Source: Takakia lepidozioides (Eukaryota; Plantae; Bryophyta). From it: 64,000 nucleotides of DNA. The position numbers and the translations under genes are program-made. The notes beneath the pieces are model-generated. The model was not told the origin of the DNA. It made no database searches and was given only the letters and a program-made list of their open reading frames with translations. Shown here piece by piece: positions 1-13,700 of this stretch (positions within the stretch are counted from its first letter, which is position 1; each line of letters starts with the position of its first letter). The stretch lies in assembly GCA_030704615.1 (NCBI GenBank), contig CM060732.1:13392001-13456000 (forward strand), written 5' to 3'.

Positions 1-599
1 TTTTAATATAAAAAGTTCAGTTAGGTATTTTTATCTTTTAAGCTATTGCCCAGTTAACAAGCTGAAATTGACCAATGAAGCTCCATTGCCCATTTCAAAT
101 GCTCAAATAAACCATGTAATCAGGCTACATTCCATTATTAACTTCAAGCTTGTCACATGGTCAAAACACTATTTTAATTAATTCTGGACTTTTGGCTTAA
201 ATCTGGACTAAACTTAATATATATTTGTATTAAAATTAATTGAAATATGAATAATATCATGGTGTAATGTGTGATTGAACTTTGTGAAATTTCAGGTGAT
301 GTCATACTTGTTTCAAAATGTGTCATATAAGAGGTCCATTTGACATTGAAGTGCTCAATGTGAAGTAGCAGTATTGAACAATTCATTGAACGTCCACTTG
401 GAAGTCGAATAAAGTAAAATTCCATTGCAGGATCATGATAAACAAATGGGTCGCATCAAACATGGGCCAAACTCGTACTCTACCATACTCGATACAACTT
501 GCTAGTAATTTTATTGATTCAAGAATCTTCATATGAAGCACAATATTCACATACCACGTCATTGGAATGAATCATGTTTTGGATCTGACAAGGCAGTAA

Positions 600-2520
600 A
601 ATATTAGAATAGCATGAAACATTCGGAAGAGGTACTAGGGTAGTACAATAAGGTTTGGGGTGTAACTAAAGAGAAGTGTAATAAGGTTTGGGTTTACACT
701 AAGGATAAGGGTTTAGGGTTTGGATTTAGGGTACAAAAAGACAAACAAATATGATGGACTCACACTCGGTAGAATTAAGAAATGGTTGAGGAATTTGATA
801 TCCCTGTAATCCTTCTATCATACCTTATCCAACAAAAGAAAATATTAAAAGAGCATGAAACATTGAGAAGCGGTAACATGGTAGTACAATAAGGTTTGGA
901 GTGTAACTAGGGTAGTACACTAAAGTTATTGGTTTATGGTAAGATTAATGGTTTAGGGATGATGGTAAAGGTAGGGTTTTCGGTTTGGGTTTAAGAACAC
1001 TATTGGACAAAGAAATATGGAAGACTCACAGTCGCTAGAACTTGGTGTGTGTTAGTAGGATATAAAATAAAATAAAAAATGGATAAACAAATATTATGGA
1101 AGAGTCATTGGGCCGGAGAAGTATTTAGATTGAGGATTCGTCCTTGGAACCTGGTATTAAGATACATATGGTTATGGTATGGATACTTCATTCCCATTTG
1201 TAGAGGAAGGATAAGGGTTTAGACGTAACAATGGCACAGGGTTTTGTTTAGGGTTCCCGACAAGGGTTTAGGATTTGGGTTGAAGGCAGAAATGGTGAGC
1301 ATACATGCCAGAAGACTCGCACTCGCTACAACTTAGTGTTGTTAGTAAGGTAGTACTAAGCAAAATAAAAATGAAGAACCTAATATTATGGAAGTGTAGT
1401 CATTGCATCGGACAAGTATGTAAATGAAAGACTCGTCCTTGGAACCTGGTATTAAGATACATAGAAAGCAAAGTTCGATAAAAAAAGATAAGTGCATGTC
1501 AATCCAAACCAAAAGCAAAACCTTGCGCAAGGTGAAGGGCAAAGAGATTTGAATAACCCTAAATAGTTATGGTTATGGTATAGATACTTCATTCCCAGTT
1601 GCAGGGGGAGGGTAAGGGTTTAGACGTAACAATGGCATAGGGTTTTCCTTAGGGTTTTCGACGAGGGTTTAGGGCTTGGGTTGAAGGCAGAAATGGTGAG
1701 CATACATGCCGGAAGATTCGCACTCGCTACAACTTAGTGTGTGTTAGTATGGTACAAAATGGAAATTTGGTTACATTGAAGAGATTTGGATAACTAAAAT
1801 GGTTATGGTTATGGTATGGATAGTTGATTCCCATTTGCAAAGGGAAGAGAATGGGTTCTGGGGTATTGGATTAAGAGTAAATGTTTAGGGTTTTCTAGTA
1901 AGGGTTTAGGGTTTTTGTTTAAGTTACAAAATAGACAAACGCTTATGGAAAACTCCAGACTTCGCTAGAAATTAGTGTTGTTAGTAGGGTAGTAGTAAGC
2001 ACCAAAAAAAAAAAAAAAAAAAACTAATATTATGGACAAGTATTTAAATGAAAGACTCGTCGTTGGAACCTGGACCTAGTATTAAGATGTGGTAGATAGG
2101 AACCAAACTGTCTCACAACGTCCCGTCAAGGATGCACGCGTATTCCCCCGGGGTGATTATCACGGCCAGCCCCCTCCGCATCTTGGCACAGCGAAACGTG
2201 TAACCGGCCTGGGGTCCTATTTCAACCTCAATTTGGTCCTGGAATGGGTAGGCTAACCGCCTTTTCTGGGGAGGGAGTTTAGGTAAAGGGTTGACGTAAC
2301 ATAGAAAGCAAACTGTAACATGCCTAAATGCATGTCAATCCAAAACAAAGGAAAAAACTAGCACAAATGTGAAGGGAGAAGACATTTCAATAACCATAAA
2401 TCATTATGGTTATGGCTATGGTATGAATAGTTCATGGGCCATTTGCAGAAAAGGGTAAGGGTTAGGGGTAATGCTAACAAAAAAAGCAAGGTACTATAAA
2501 AAAGGTATGTCAATCCTAAA
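600..2520. repeat. Degenerate tandem repeat region (units of ~250-400 bp) with telomere-like TTTAGGG motifs
   Basis: Recurring blocks: aagactc(a/g)cactcgcta(g/c)aacttagtgt..gttagta at ~1021, 1313, 1713 and 1951; cgtccttggaacctgg at ~1139, 1434 and 2058; ggttatggtat(g/a)gatacttcattccca at ~1170 and 1571. Interspersed ggtttagggttt motifs. Confidence 0.8.
2088..2301 (-). mobile_element. Solo-LTR/TRIM-like 214-bp insertion (TGTTACG...ACCACA on the minus strand)
   Basis: GC-richer block with TG...CA termini. It interrupts a repeat unit whose paralog at ~1451 reads attaagatacatagaaagc. The flanks taaga/tagaa are not a perfect TSD. Confidence 0.5.
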
Positions 2521-3245
2521 TCCTAAATTGCCAAAAAAAAAAAAAAAAAAAAAAAAAACACATTATGAGATTTGGAAAGAAAATGGCATATATATAACGA
2601 CTTTTGGGAAGCGCCTGGATCTCATGGGAGAAAATGGATCTGAAGAAAACATGAGAGAGGATAAAAAGTCAGACCACCAAATAAAAACTATGAGAAATAA
2701 AATTTGCTTAAAATTTGAACAACGGAAAATGACATGTGAAATTCTCTTTTAATATGAAAATGAAATGAAATGAAAATTTGGTGCAGAAAAGTCGTAGAGC
2801 TTAGAGGGAAAATGGAGGAAAACCTCAGAGAAAAAACTTCGGGACTGGCAAATTGAAAAGTATGTCAACAACAATTGAATAAGGCTCCTCCTAGTGGGAG
2901 ACTTCAGCGGGAGAATTGGTCATGCGAAAAGCAAGTCCAATGTTTCAGAGAAAGACTGGAAATAGGCTATTTTCTTCCGTTGTTAAAAACCTCTTTGACC
3001 GAATTTGAAGACTCGTCGTGCCCGCCCATTTTGTTCTGGTGATCTATATGTTATGTAGGTGAAACTCCCTAACATGGTATTCTTTGTTGACCAGGACGTA
3101 CAACAGGCCAGAATCCAGCAAACCAGAAACAAAGGACGAGAACGACCACTGGACATTCGAGGTTCAGTGCGACATAAGAATATTGCAAAAAAGATCCCCC
3201 AACGCAAACAAGAAGGGCCATATAGAGAAGAAAATTTTTATTTCT

Positions 3246-6200
3246 TAAATCGAAGTACTGGAGTTGACCTCAACAATATGTCCTTGGTCTGGAACTCGCT
3301 CGCACGACTCGCTTTCTGACTGACGATTAGCCTCCTCCAAATTAGCGGCGTCTTCACTGCTTCGGCGGCAGTAATTCTCTTAGTGCTATTCCTTGTCGTA
3401 TTTTTCCATGGAGGCATTGTCCACATAACATTGTTCACGTGGATCCATTGAGGAGGATCTGTCAAGTTATACTCCCAAAGTTTTGACCAGCAGTCCCTGT
3501 ACATTTCCAAGTCTGTTGGGTTACCACATTTTCTCGGTCTCCACCATTCCACCTTCACCTTCTTAAAATTAGGATCCTCCCTTTCGCGGATCACGTCAGA
3601 TATTGCCACCCCCATCCAGACCGGGCATGTACTTGGGTCATGAGGGCGAACGAGCACAAAGAACCCTTTCTCAATATCCTTGAACGGATTCCGGGATATT
3701 CTTGGTCGCTCACACCTCGGGCCACAGTAAGGTTCTAGGATTCATCCTCTTCTTCCACATCTGGCACTATATGTGGATGGATTCCATCTCTGTGATGATT
3801 CTTGGACCAATTTGTTTTCGGCCAGAATCCCTCAAGCAGCTGAATACGCTCGGGAGCTTCTGGAATTGGCTTATCCAGCTCGGCGAGAATGTTTCCCCAG
3901 TACTGGTCGTATTGTTCCATTCGACCTCTGTAATGATCGTCAAGCATCATTCCTTTCGTCCAAAAATCCCTGTATTTTTTTTATTCCATTCTTAATGAAT
4001 GACTGTTTTTCGGAGGAATCGTCCCCGACTCCCCAGATAGGTCTCCTTGGAACGGCGTCTGGGTCTCCTTCAGGGAGCTTGGGAGTCCCGTCAGGATTGG
4101 ACTTCCACATCTTCACGCTATTGTTTGTTGGAAGCCAATCCGAATTAGTAGCGGACTTCTTGTACTTCATGACGGGCCAACCCTCGGCATCTTTAAAAAA
4201 GCGAAAGACGTGCATCTCCGAAATCCCGACCAACGCCTCCTTTCCATCCAGAATACAGCCCTTGACAAAATTCTTGAAGTCGGGAACCTCCTGAATAGTC
4301 TGTGGAATGAACTGCAGATCTTGCTAGGTCATGAATGACCTCATCAAATCCGAAAGAATGTAGGTGCTTCGTTCCTTCAGCTTCTTCGAAAGGTAGCTGA
4401 AGAACCCGTCGATGTCCTCATGGGTGTGTCCGACCATTAGGAACCCTAGCTGGATTTCTTCAAAAACATCTTTGGCGGTCAGGAGGGATAGAAAAGCAAG
4501 CATCCATCTGTTCTTATTGTCCTTCGCGGAGTTGTCCATTTGCAAGTACAGTCTTCTCGGAAGTGGATGAGCACCACGTTTGTCTTCCGGCCTGCAGGGT
4601 TAAAGAGCATCCAAACATCTCGATTTACCTCTTAAAAGTGATTCGAAAAACTCGTTTTGAAGTTGGTAATCGAAAATGTTCCTGGACTCACGACAGGTTG
4701 GCTTCTCCAGCTGGCGCAGGCAACGGGCCAAAGAACCAATTGTAAAGTTTGAATTTCCCTTCCAAAACTCAAGAGAATATTGTCCGTAAGCTCCATCACC
4801 GTGTCCGTGCGTGACCATTCCCGTTAGTGAAACTGGAAGCTGACCCAATCCAGAAATCATCTTGTTTGGAGTCTGTAGCCTTGGAACAGTTGTTTTCCTA
4901 TGATCCATTTTGTCGTGAATAATACAGAGAAACTCCTTCGGAATCATAACAGACTCATTCCTCCAGCTATGGTAAAGTCTTCTACACGACTCTTGGTGCC
5001 TCAAATGTTTATCAAGAGCTCGTTTGTGTGTCACATGTTCCGCACTTCTCTTGACAGACTTTCTGATCAGGTCCTTTAACATCTCACACTCCGTGTACTT
5101 CGCAAATGTACTCCCAGTTTTACGAACCTCCACGTTAGGAAATATCCGACCCCGGATGCGGCTAATAGCCGACTGCGAGACTCCTTCCAACCCAAATAGT
5201 CTGTTGGACTGTTACAATAAGGCAGGGTCAGGAAAGGAACGTCCACTGGATAGTGGAGGTTCATGAAGCTAGAACCACAGTCGAAAGAGACAAAATCGAG
5301 GGGAGGATCATCCAAATTGAATCAGAAAAGACTTCCAGGAAAGAAATTGAAGAATGGAGATTTCATACCTCGTTGGACTCGTCTCGTATTCGCTTCCAGT
5401 TCATTTCAGGTGGTAAAACTCTCAAAGTATCTCTCCTTCCCTCCCCAATGCATCTTGTCTTATGGGGCATCAGGTCAGTATTTCCGTTGATAATGGACAT
5501 AATGTTACCCTCTGCCTGAAGCGTCCTTGGGCGTGGCCTCTTCACTCCACGGTTCCCATGGCAACCCTGTTTACTCAACTTTTTGTACTCCATGTATGTG
5601 GACCTGCCAATTCCATGAAATTTTCACCAAGCATTCTCACAAACATCCACACCCTCAATCGTAACGTATGCCCTGCGAGAGGTCTCTTCCAGCATGTGAA
5701 GTCGTTTTGAAACATTTAGTCCGTGTTCTCTCCTCTCATCGAAAGTGGATCCCCAAAACGAAGTTCAGATAGCCAAGGTTTTTCGCCAATCGAAATATTG
5801 ACAGTAGTAAAGTTTGCAGCAAGGTTTGCTGCTCACGGACCGGACTTCCTCCAGAGTAAGATTCTTCATTCTTTTTTTTTAGTGTTCCAAATCTCAATCC
5901 CTCTTCTTTCTCGTAAAATGCCGATACGCCACTTTCTTCACACCTGCCTCGTGATCCTCGTACAAGATGTTGTTGGAGGATCTAATAGAATTCTCCACAT
6001 CATTTGAGAGTAGTCTCCCACTTTCCAAAAGTCGTGTTTTTGTTAAAGGCCATTTTACAAGAGACATCAAAGATCCAGAACCTCCAGAAAGTATTCTGGT
6101 GACAAGAACTCCAACATCGTCCTCTCCCAGTTTGTCATTGAGGATTATCTCGTCCGGAATGCAGGCTTGAATCCTCCCCTCGAACACTACACCCCCATCA

Positions 6201-6652
6201 TCACCCAACAGTACGCACTGCAAGTTTCTCCAGTTGTTTCTTCCGAGTCCTCCACTCGGATTCCCGGAACTCTTCGATGGTCTGTGGTTTGATTCATCCT
6301 CGTCGACGTCAGGATTCTCGGCAGTATCCCTTGTCTCCGGCATAAAATCAGGATTCATGTCAGGCCCTCCTTGATACTCGTTATTCTCCGCATGAACTTC
6401 GCCAACATTCCACACCACCGGGGTCCCAATTGCCTCTTTCAAGGTGTCAGCATCCATATATGTCCATAAGGAAGAGGACATAATTAAGTATGCTTCATCA
6501 TAGGAGATTAGAACCACTGAAATGGTTGAGGAAGATAATTGGTGTCCATGACAGGTCCCAACACCGGAGACATTAAGGCGGTCCCCAGTGGCTACTGGAG
6601 ATGAAGACCCGGGAAGAGTAAGAAACACTCTTTGACCCGTCTCTAAGCTCAT
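3246..6652 (-). pseudogene. Decayed DDD-type (RNase H fold) DNA transposase, Sola-like / DUF7869-like
   Basis: Collinear minus-strand ORF fragments carry IIHDKMD (~4900-4923), LYLQMDNSAKDNKN (~4507-4554) and FLMVGHTHEDIDGFFS (~4396-4443), plus Cys-rich N-terminal segments (KPCC..C, VCENAW..HG). In-frame stops at 4600 and 4324, frameshifts near 3950 and 3700, and a probable intron at ~5200-5368. Superfamily assignment is from motif memory only. Confidence 0.8.
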
Positions 6653-8370
6653 GATTTAAGCAGTATGAGTTAAGACTATATTCAGAGATGAATCAATACA
6701 ATAAAAGGAAATACACTCGCATATGAACGTTTCAGAGAAGTAGAATAGAAATGGAATTACTATTTGGTCTGGAACATGTCATATGAAGATTGTGTCTAAT
6801 TATATAACCTCCACTGTACAGTGGAGGTTGGATGAGATAATAATGAAAAAAATCGGATGGATGAATACTAGTGGATGAACATGGTTACGTGGATGAATAA
6901 TGGTAATGACGGATGAATGTGAGCATTGACGCGACTGTCCAGTGGAGGTCCACAACTTGAGGTATGACGAAAAACAGAAATTGAAGAGTATTGGACTGTA
7001 ACTTCTAAACATGCAGATGAGAAATAAGTAGATTTTCCTGTAGAGTATCGAAAACACACAGATGTCATAACATTTTGTACGGGAGAAAATGCAGTTCACA
7101 CGAGAGATTATGGAAATTCAGAGAGGTACACATGCGATGGCCACAGAGGTACAAGATGCTCAGAGAGGTGCACTGTGGGAAGTGAGGTGGGAGATGACCA
7201 GAGAGGTGTGGGAAACACAATCTGCAAGTGAGGGGTATGGAGATAGAAGTTTGAACAGTTTGCACTCAGACCTTATATAGAGGTGGAAACCAGGTTGCCC
7301 GCTGGAACTCCTCCAATGGGATAGTGCGATACATTGTCTCGCGGATCGATTTCCGTCGCCGTTGATATCCGATATGGCCACAATCGAACGGTTCTGGATG
7401 GTGCAGGAGTGCACTCTTTGACCGATTTCGGAAAAGAGTGTCCTTTACTAGTAGATCCCTATGTAACAATTATGATGCCAGAACGATAACGGCCGATAAC
7501 GGTGGTTCAATGGTTTCGCACTCGTGCTTATCAAGTAGTACGTATTTCGCATTCAATGCTGTCCAAGTGGATGAAGGCCTGACGCCGATGACAAGCGTTT
7601 CATGAATTCGTGCAGCTATGAGACTCGGCCGAGAATGCGGCAGGCGTAAATGAGTGACATAGGAAATATTCCAAGCCTTAATCCGCCGAATGTAGACATG
7701 GTCAGGAGCAATAATTCCCAGCGGCAAAACGCCGCAGAAGGATCTGACATTCACATTTCATTTATCGTCACGTGTGGGGTGTGGGAAATATCCCGCAGGG
7801 TTATAATTGATCTTGTGCAAGGGATCATTAACGTCATATTTTCTCGTTCATTCATCTGTTTATTCATTTCATCTAGTCATTCGTAAAATGGATGGACAGA
7901 ATGGAAAGGATGAATTGGATGATATTTGCATGGATGGAACACGTGTGGCCGTTCGATTTCGAAAGGACGCGATGGTTCAGATCTTTTGCGACGGCACGAT
8001 ATAAGGGGTGTGGTCATTCAGCCCACCCTTTCGCCACTCCATTGTGTACGCGGAAGCGCTGCGGAAGTGGTAAGACCGACTAACGCTAGAAAACAGAGAG
8101 TTTTGAAGGGGGGGGGGGGGGGGGGGGGGGTATTTTGGGTCGTTGGATTCTACGAAATCGATGCTGAGTACCTCCCGGGAAGCCCTCCTCTAGCACCCAC
8201 GTTTTTTTTTCATATTGCGTCATATTACTTAGAACTGCCGAGGGAGTGACACGTGCCTCTAGTACTTGGGGAGGATTCATTAGGGAGTAGGATTAGGTAC
8301 GATTTAGGAGGGTTGGGAGAGCATTTTTCTTAGCAAACACCTGTCGAGTAGGGGTAAGCCAAAGCCAGAA

Positions 8371-10692
8371 ATGACGGAGGAGGAAGACAGAGGAGGTCAT
8401 CCCAGGGATGACGATAATGAACCTGGACCTCCCAAAAAAAAACCAAAAAGGGCCAGGCGCGAACTTTGTTGGGACATATACAATGACCCCAACATTCTTG
8501 CGGAACCAGGTTGGGAAGTTTGGAAGTTGGGGCAGCGATGGTCGCTTGGTGACTGCAGGAAATTTGTGGACTGGTGTCACATAAATCATTTGTGGCCCAG
8601 AGATAGGCATGATCCACAAACCAAACAAAATCAAGCTAGCTTGCATTCCTGCGCCAACCCGCATTTCCGCCATAAGGCAGAGGAGGTACATACAACATTA
8701 TGGGGTCAACCGCTCGTCAACAACAAGGTCCCGTATTTATTTGCAGTCATGTTGTACACATAGTTGATTTTATTGCGACCGGTGGATTGGCAAACTGCCA
8801 CTGCGAGACAGCGTACTATACTATACATGTTCTCTGATATCCCAGACTTGTATATACGTCAGGGGCAGGACATCATACGGTTTGATGGAAACGACGAGGT
8901 GGAAGAAGGAGGAAATGCGGATGGAAACGACGATGTGGAAGAAGGAGGAAATGTAGACCAACCTCCAGATTATACGCCGTAACAGGTCTCCGCAGCCGGG
9001 CCTTCAATGTCTGAGGTGGAGGGGGGCGAGGTACGCTCTCCGTTGGAAGAACAGTTGGCCGCACATGAACAGCATATCAAAGACCTGCAGGACATTGTTC
9101 ATTTGCAACGGTGGCAACTAGCGAAGTTGCTGGAAAGAATGGGGTTGGGGACTCTCGACAGCGTACGCGGTGTGCTTCAGGGCCTGAGGCCAATCACCAA
9201 CGAGCAAGACATATTGGCGCGTTTGAATATGCCAGGACATTGACCGCGTCATCGACGGGGTTGACTCAATCGGGCATGGGAATGAAGTGCAAACGTCTGA
9301 ACTGGACCCAACGAGGGTTGAGGAAGAAAGACTTGCGGCGGAGAGGACAAGAAAATGGAAGGACCCCATAGTGGAAACTGGGGAATGTTCAGCCGTGCAA
9401 ATTACATCGGCCCAAGAACATGAATTAGAGCAGCTTGTGGGGGAACGCGAGCAAGCTAGGGCTGTTGCATATCGGTACTCAAATGCCATGCAAATCCGAT
9501 AGTGGCCATGGTTGAAGGGGAATTGGCGGAATTGGGTGACATGGGCGGGCCATCTAGCATCGCGGGAAACACGGATAGAAGAAGCGTTGTCCTCCCTCCA
9601 ACGTGCAGCACGTTTGTCGAATCGAAGCGTGATAGCATCTATGCTAATTTGCAAAAGCACGACACTGTGCGTGATGTATTCACGTCGAAGTATACTGGAT
9701 TCACCACATGGAGTGATGTGCATGTCATGTTTGAGCATTGTGTGCATACAATTTCCGATACCAATAACAGCATAAACTGGGATTTTGAAGTAGCGGAGGA
9801 GTGGGACACCAAGCCGAGGATGTCATCTTACATTAATGAGGATAAACGGACGTGGATACCACAGAGCAATCCAACGTCATGGGTAACAGATGGTACGGTG
9901 TGCACAATGTGCCTAAACCCTTATGGACCGGAGGGAGGCTATATGCTTGGTTCATGTGGCCATTTGTTTCATCCCACATGTCTTATATCGGCAGCCATGC
10001 GAGCCAGCCAATGCCGTGACTGCCATGGACCAATCCATCGACGTTTCTACGAGTTGTTTGGGTTGCAAGACAATATGCCCACGGGATACGAGTACAACCG
10101 GTACAACATGCCATTGGATGTATCGCCTTACGATTTTTTAATTGGCAGCACTGGGGGGAGACAATGACATGGGATGCTCCAAGAGAGATGCACGCCTTGG
10201 ATGCGAAGACGTTAACTAGGGTTAAAGATCCGGTGACCTTTTGGGTGACATCCAACTGGGAAATAACCGTGCGTGCTAGAGGCATATGGGACCCAGTCCA
10301 AATGGAGCTTTTTTGCCGGAACTTGGGAGGGCATTGGAGCTGTACCAGACAAAGATTCTTTCGACTGCTTGAGGATCCGTGGGTGCCAGCGGAAAACGAC
10401 CCATACAATCGCAAACCGATCGGGAGAGACCTATTTCTGAGGTAGTTGGAGAATCCGTTGGGAGGATATGAATGAGATGTACTAGGTGCCTCGTCGGGAT
10501 GATGGGCCATTTCTTCCAGAGTTGCGCAGAGACCCCCAGCAGAAGGAGGTGTTGGACAATTTCAAGGCTGCCATCACGAGTGTTCTAAAGTATTGGCAGA
10601 ACACATGGTCAGTAAGGTCGTTACGGAGGGGTTTTCAGTTTCTTGAACCTCGCGTGGCCAGTGGAGGTTCCGGTGTAATTACAAATAAATAA
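8371..10692 (+). pseudogene. Disrupted gene: NLS, acidic and coiled-coil segments, RING-H2 finger; probable transposon accessory gene
   Basis: ORFs 8371, 8764 and 9007 share one frame and are separated by stops; frameshifted ORFs continue to 10692. PPKKKPKR NLS. C-x2-C-x14-C-x-H-x2-H-x2-C-x10-C-x2-C at 9901-10023. Confidence 0.7.
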
Positions 10693-10716
10693 ACAGACAC
10701 ATAAATCATTTGCCTC

Positions 10717-13700
10717 GAGATGATTTTGGTTCGCTTTGAGACTTGGCCAGTATGTTCAATGTGCCATGGAAGAGGCCCCATAGTAATATGAGATCAATCA
10801 AAATTCGTTCAATGGCCTGACGGATGGTTGCCCATCCAAATGAATTTTCGTTCGCTTTGAGACTTGGCCAGTGTGTTCAATGTACCCTCTGATAGGTTCC
10901 AATGCAATATGAGATCAAAATTCGTTCGATGGGCCAATGAGGCGTTCAGTTGTCATCTGGTTTTTGTTCATTGCGAAAAAGAAATCTTGCAATGCGTGCA
11001 CGGCTATTGCACCCATTGAACGGATGTGGTTGAAGCCCCTCTTTTGCCCGCATAGGCTTGAACATGTATGCGACATATGTGCGGAGACACAACAGACGAA
11101 TAAATCATTTGCGTCCCCATCGACACCAAGCCATTCCATAATGTAATTGAATTTAAATTAATTTTTAAGCCAATAAATAGGTTTGCACAGCCTTTCATTG
11201 GGGGTTTTTGGCACGTATCGATTTTGTTTTTGGCTCAATCTTGTTCTGCGGCTTCTAGCATCCCACCACTACTCCCTTGCCAAAATTTGGACCCATAAAA
11301 AATGCCCCAAAAAAAAAGTGTTATCTTTTCGCTCACTATTGCGGAACTCTCTATGAAGATTGCATGAAGTTGAACACAAATCAAGTTTGGAGTGCAAAAC
11401 AGGGAGGAAACTGTGGTTTTGGGGCCAAATGAATTATAATTGCTCCCAAATTTGGCACGCACGTTGCATATGGCTACATGACACGCCCCATTCAAAAACC
11501 GAATGAAAACAAAATCGTGAGCACGCGAAACACAGTCCAACAGGTCTCAAAGCAATAGCAGATCCAACGGAATACATTCAACGGATGAACGGATGGTTGC
11601 CCATCCAAATCATTTTTGTTTGCTTCCAATCTTTGCCAGTACGTTCGAAATACCCTCTCACAGGTCCCGGACTAATATCAGATCAATCAAAATTCATTCG
11701 ATGGCTCAACGGATGGTTGGCCATCGAGATGATTTTGGTTCGCTTAGAGACTTGGCCTGTACGTTCAATGTGCCATGGAAGATGCCCCATAGTAATATGA
11801 GATCAATCGAAATTCGTTCAATGGGCCGACGGATGGTTGCCTATCCAAATGAATTTTCGTTCGCTTTGAGACTTGGCCAGTGTGTTCAATGTATCCTCTA
11901 ATAGGTCCAATGTAATATGAGATCAATCGAAATTCGTTCGATGGGCCAATGAGGCGTTCAGTTGTCATCTGGTTTTTGTTCATTGGGAAAAAAAAAATCC
12001 TGCAATGCGTGCACGGCTATTGCAGCCATTGAACGAATGTCGTTGAAGCCCCTCTTTTGCCCGCATGTGCTTGAACATGTGTGCGACACATGTGCAGAGA
12101 CACAACAGACGAATAAATCATGTCTTTCATTGAGGGTTTCTGGCACGTATCGATTTTGTTTTTGGCTCAATTTTGTTCTGCAGCTTCCAGCATCCCACCA
12201 CTACTCCCCCGCCAAAATTTGGACTCATAAAAATTGCCCCAAAAAAAAAGTGTTCTCTTTCGCTCACTATTGCAGAACTCTCTATGAAGAATGCAGGAAG
12301 TTGAACACAAATCAAGTTTGGAGTGCAAAACAGGGAGGAAACTGTGGTTTTGGGTCCAAATGAATTATAATCGCTCCCAAATTTGGCACGCACGTTGCAT
12401 ATGGCTACATGACACGCCCCATTCAAAAACCGAATGAAAACAAAATCGTGAGCACGCGAAACACAGTCCAACAGGTCCCAAAGCAATAGCAAATCCAACG
12501 GAATACATTCAACGGATGAACGGATGGTTGCCCATCCAAATCATTTTTGTTTGCTTCCAAACTTTGCCAGTACGTTTGAGACACCATCTCACAGGTCCCG
12601 GACTAATATCTTATCAATCAAAATTCATTCGATGGCTCAACGGATGGTTGGCCATCGAGATGATTTTGGTTCGCTTTGAGACTTGGCCAATTTGTTCAAT
12701 GTGCCATGGAAGAGGCCCCATAGTAATATGAGATCAATCAAAATTCGTTCAATGGCCTGACGGATGGTTGCCCATCCAAATGAATTTTCGTTCGCTTTGA
12801 GACTTGGCCAGTGTGTTCAATGTACCCTCTGATAGGTCCCAATGCAATATGAGATCAATCGAAATTCGTTCGATGGGCCAATGAGGCGTTCAGTTGTCAT
12901 CTGGTTTTTGTTCATTGCGAAAAAGAAATCATGCAATGCGTGCACGGCTATTGCACCCATTGAACGGATGTGGTTGAAGCCCCTCTTTTGCCCGCATGTG
13001 CTTGAACATGTATGCGACACATGTGCGGAGACACAACAGACGAATAAATCATTTGCGTCCCCATCGACACCAAGCCATTCCATAATGTAATTGAATTTAA
13101 ATTAATTTTAAGCCAATAAATAGGTTTGCACAGCCTTTCATTGGGGGTTTTTGGCACGTATCGATTTTGTTTTTGGCTCAATCTTGTTCTGCAGCTTCTA
13201 GCATCCCACCACTACTCCCCCGCCAAAATTTGGACAAATAAAAAATGCCTCAAAAAAAAAGTGTTATCTTTCGCTCACTATTGCAGAACTCTCTATGAAG
13301 ATTGCATGAAGTTGAACACAAAAAATCAAGTTTGGATTGCAAAACAGGGAAGAAACTGTGGTTTTGGGTCCAAATGAATTATAATCGCTCCCAAATTTGG
13401 CACGTACGTTGCATATGGCTACATGACATGCCCCATTCAAAAACCGAATGAAAACAAAATCGTGAGCACGCGAAACACAGTCCAACAGGTCCCAAAGGAA
13501 TAGCAGATCCAACGGAATACATTCAACGGGTGAACGGATGGTTGCCCATTCATTTTTGTTTGCTTCCAAACTTTTCCAGTACGTTCGAGACACCATCTCA
13601 CAGGTCCCGGAATAATATCAGATCAATCAAAATTCATTCGATGGCTCAACGGATGGTTGGCCATCGAGATGATTTTGGTCGCTTTGAGACTTGGCCAGTA

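Noticed and set aside
2091-2122. rRNA gene
   Set aside because: Only ~32 nt resemble LSU rRNA; the flanks do not continue the gene.
600-2520. True telomere or interstitial telomere array
   Set aside because: TTTAGGG motifs are scattered singles or pairs inside longer degenerate units, not a tandem array.
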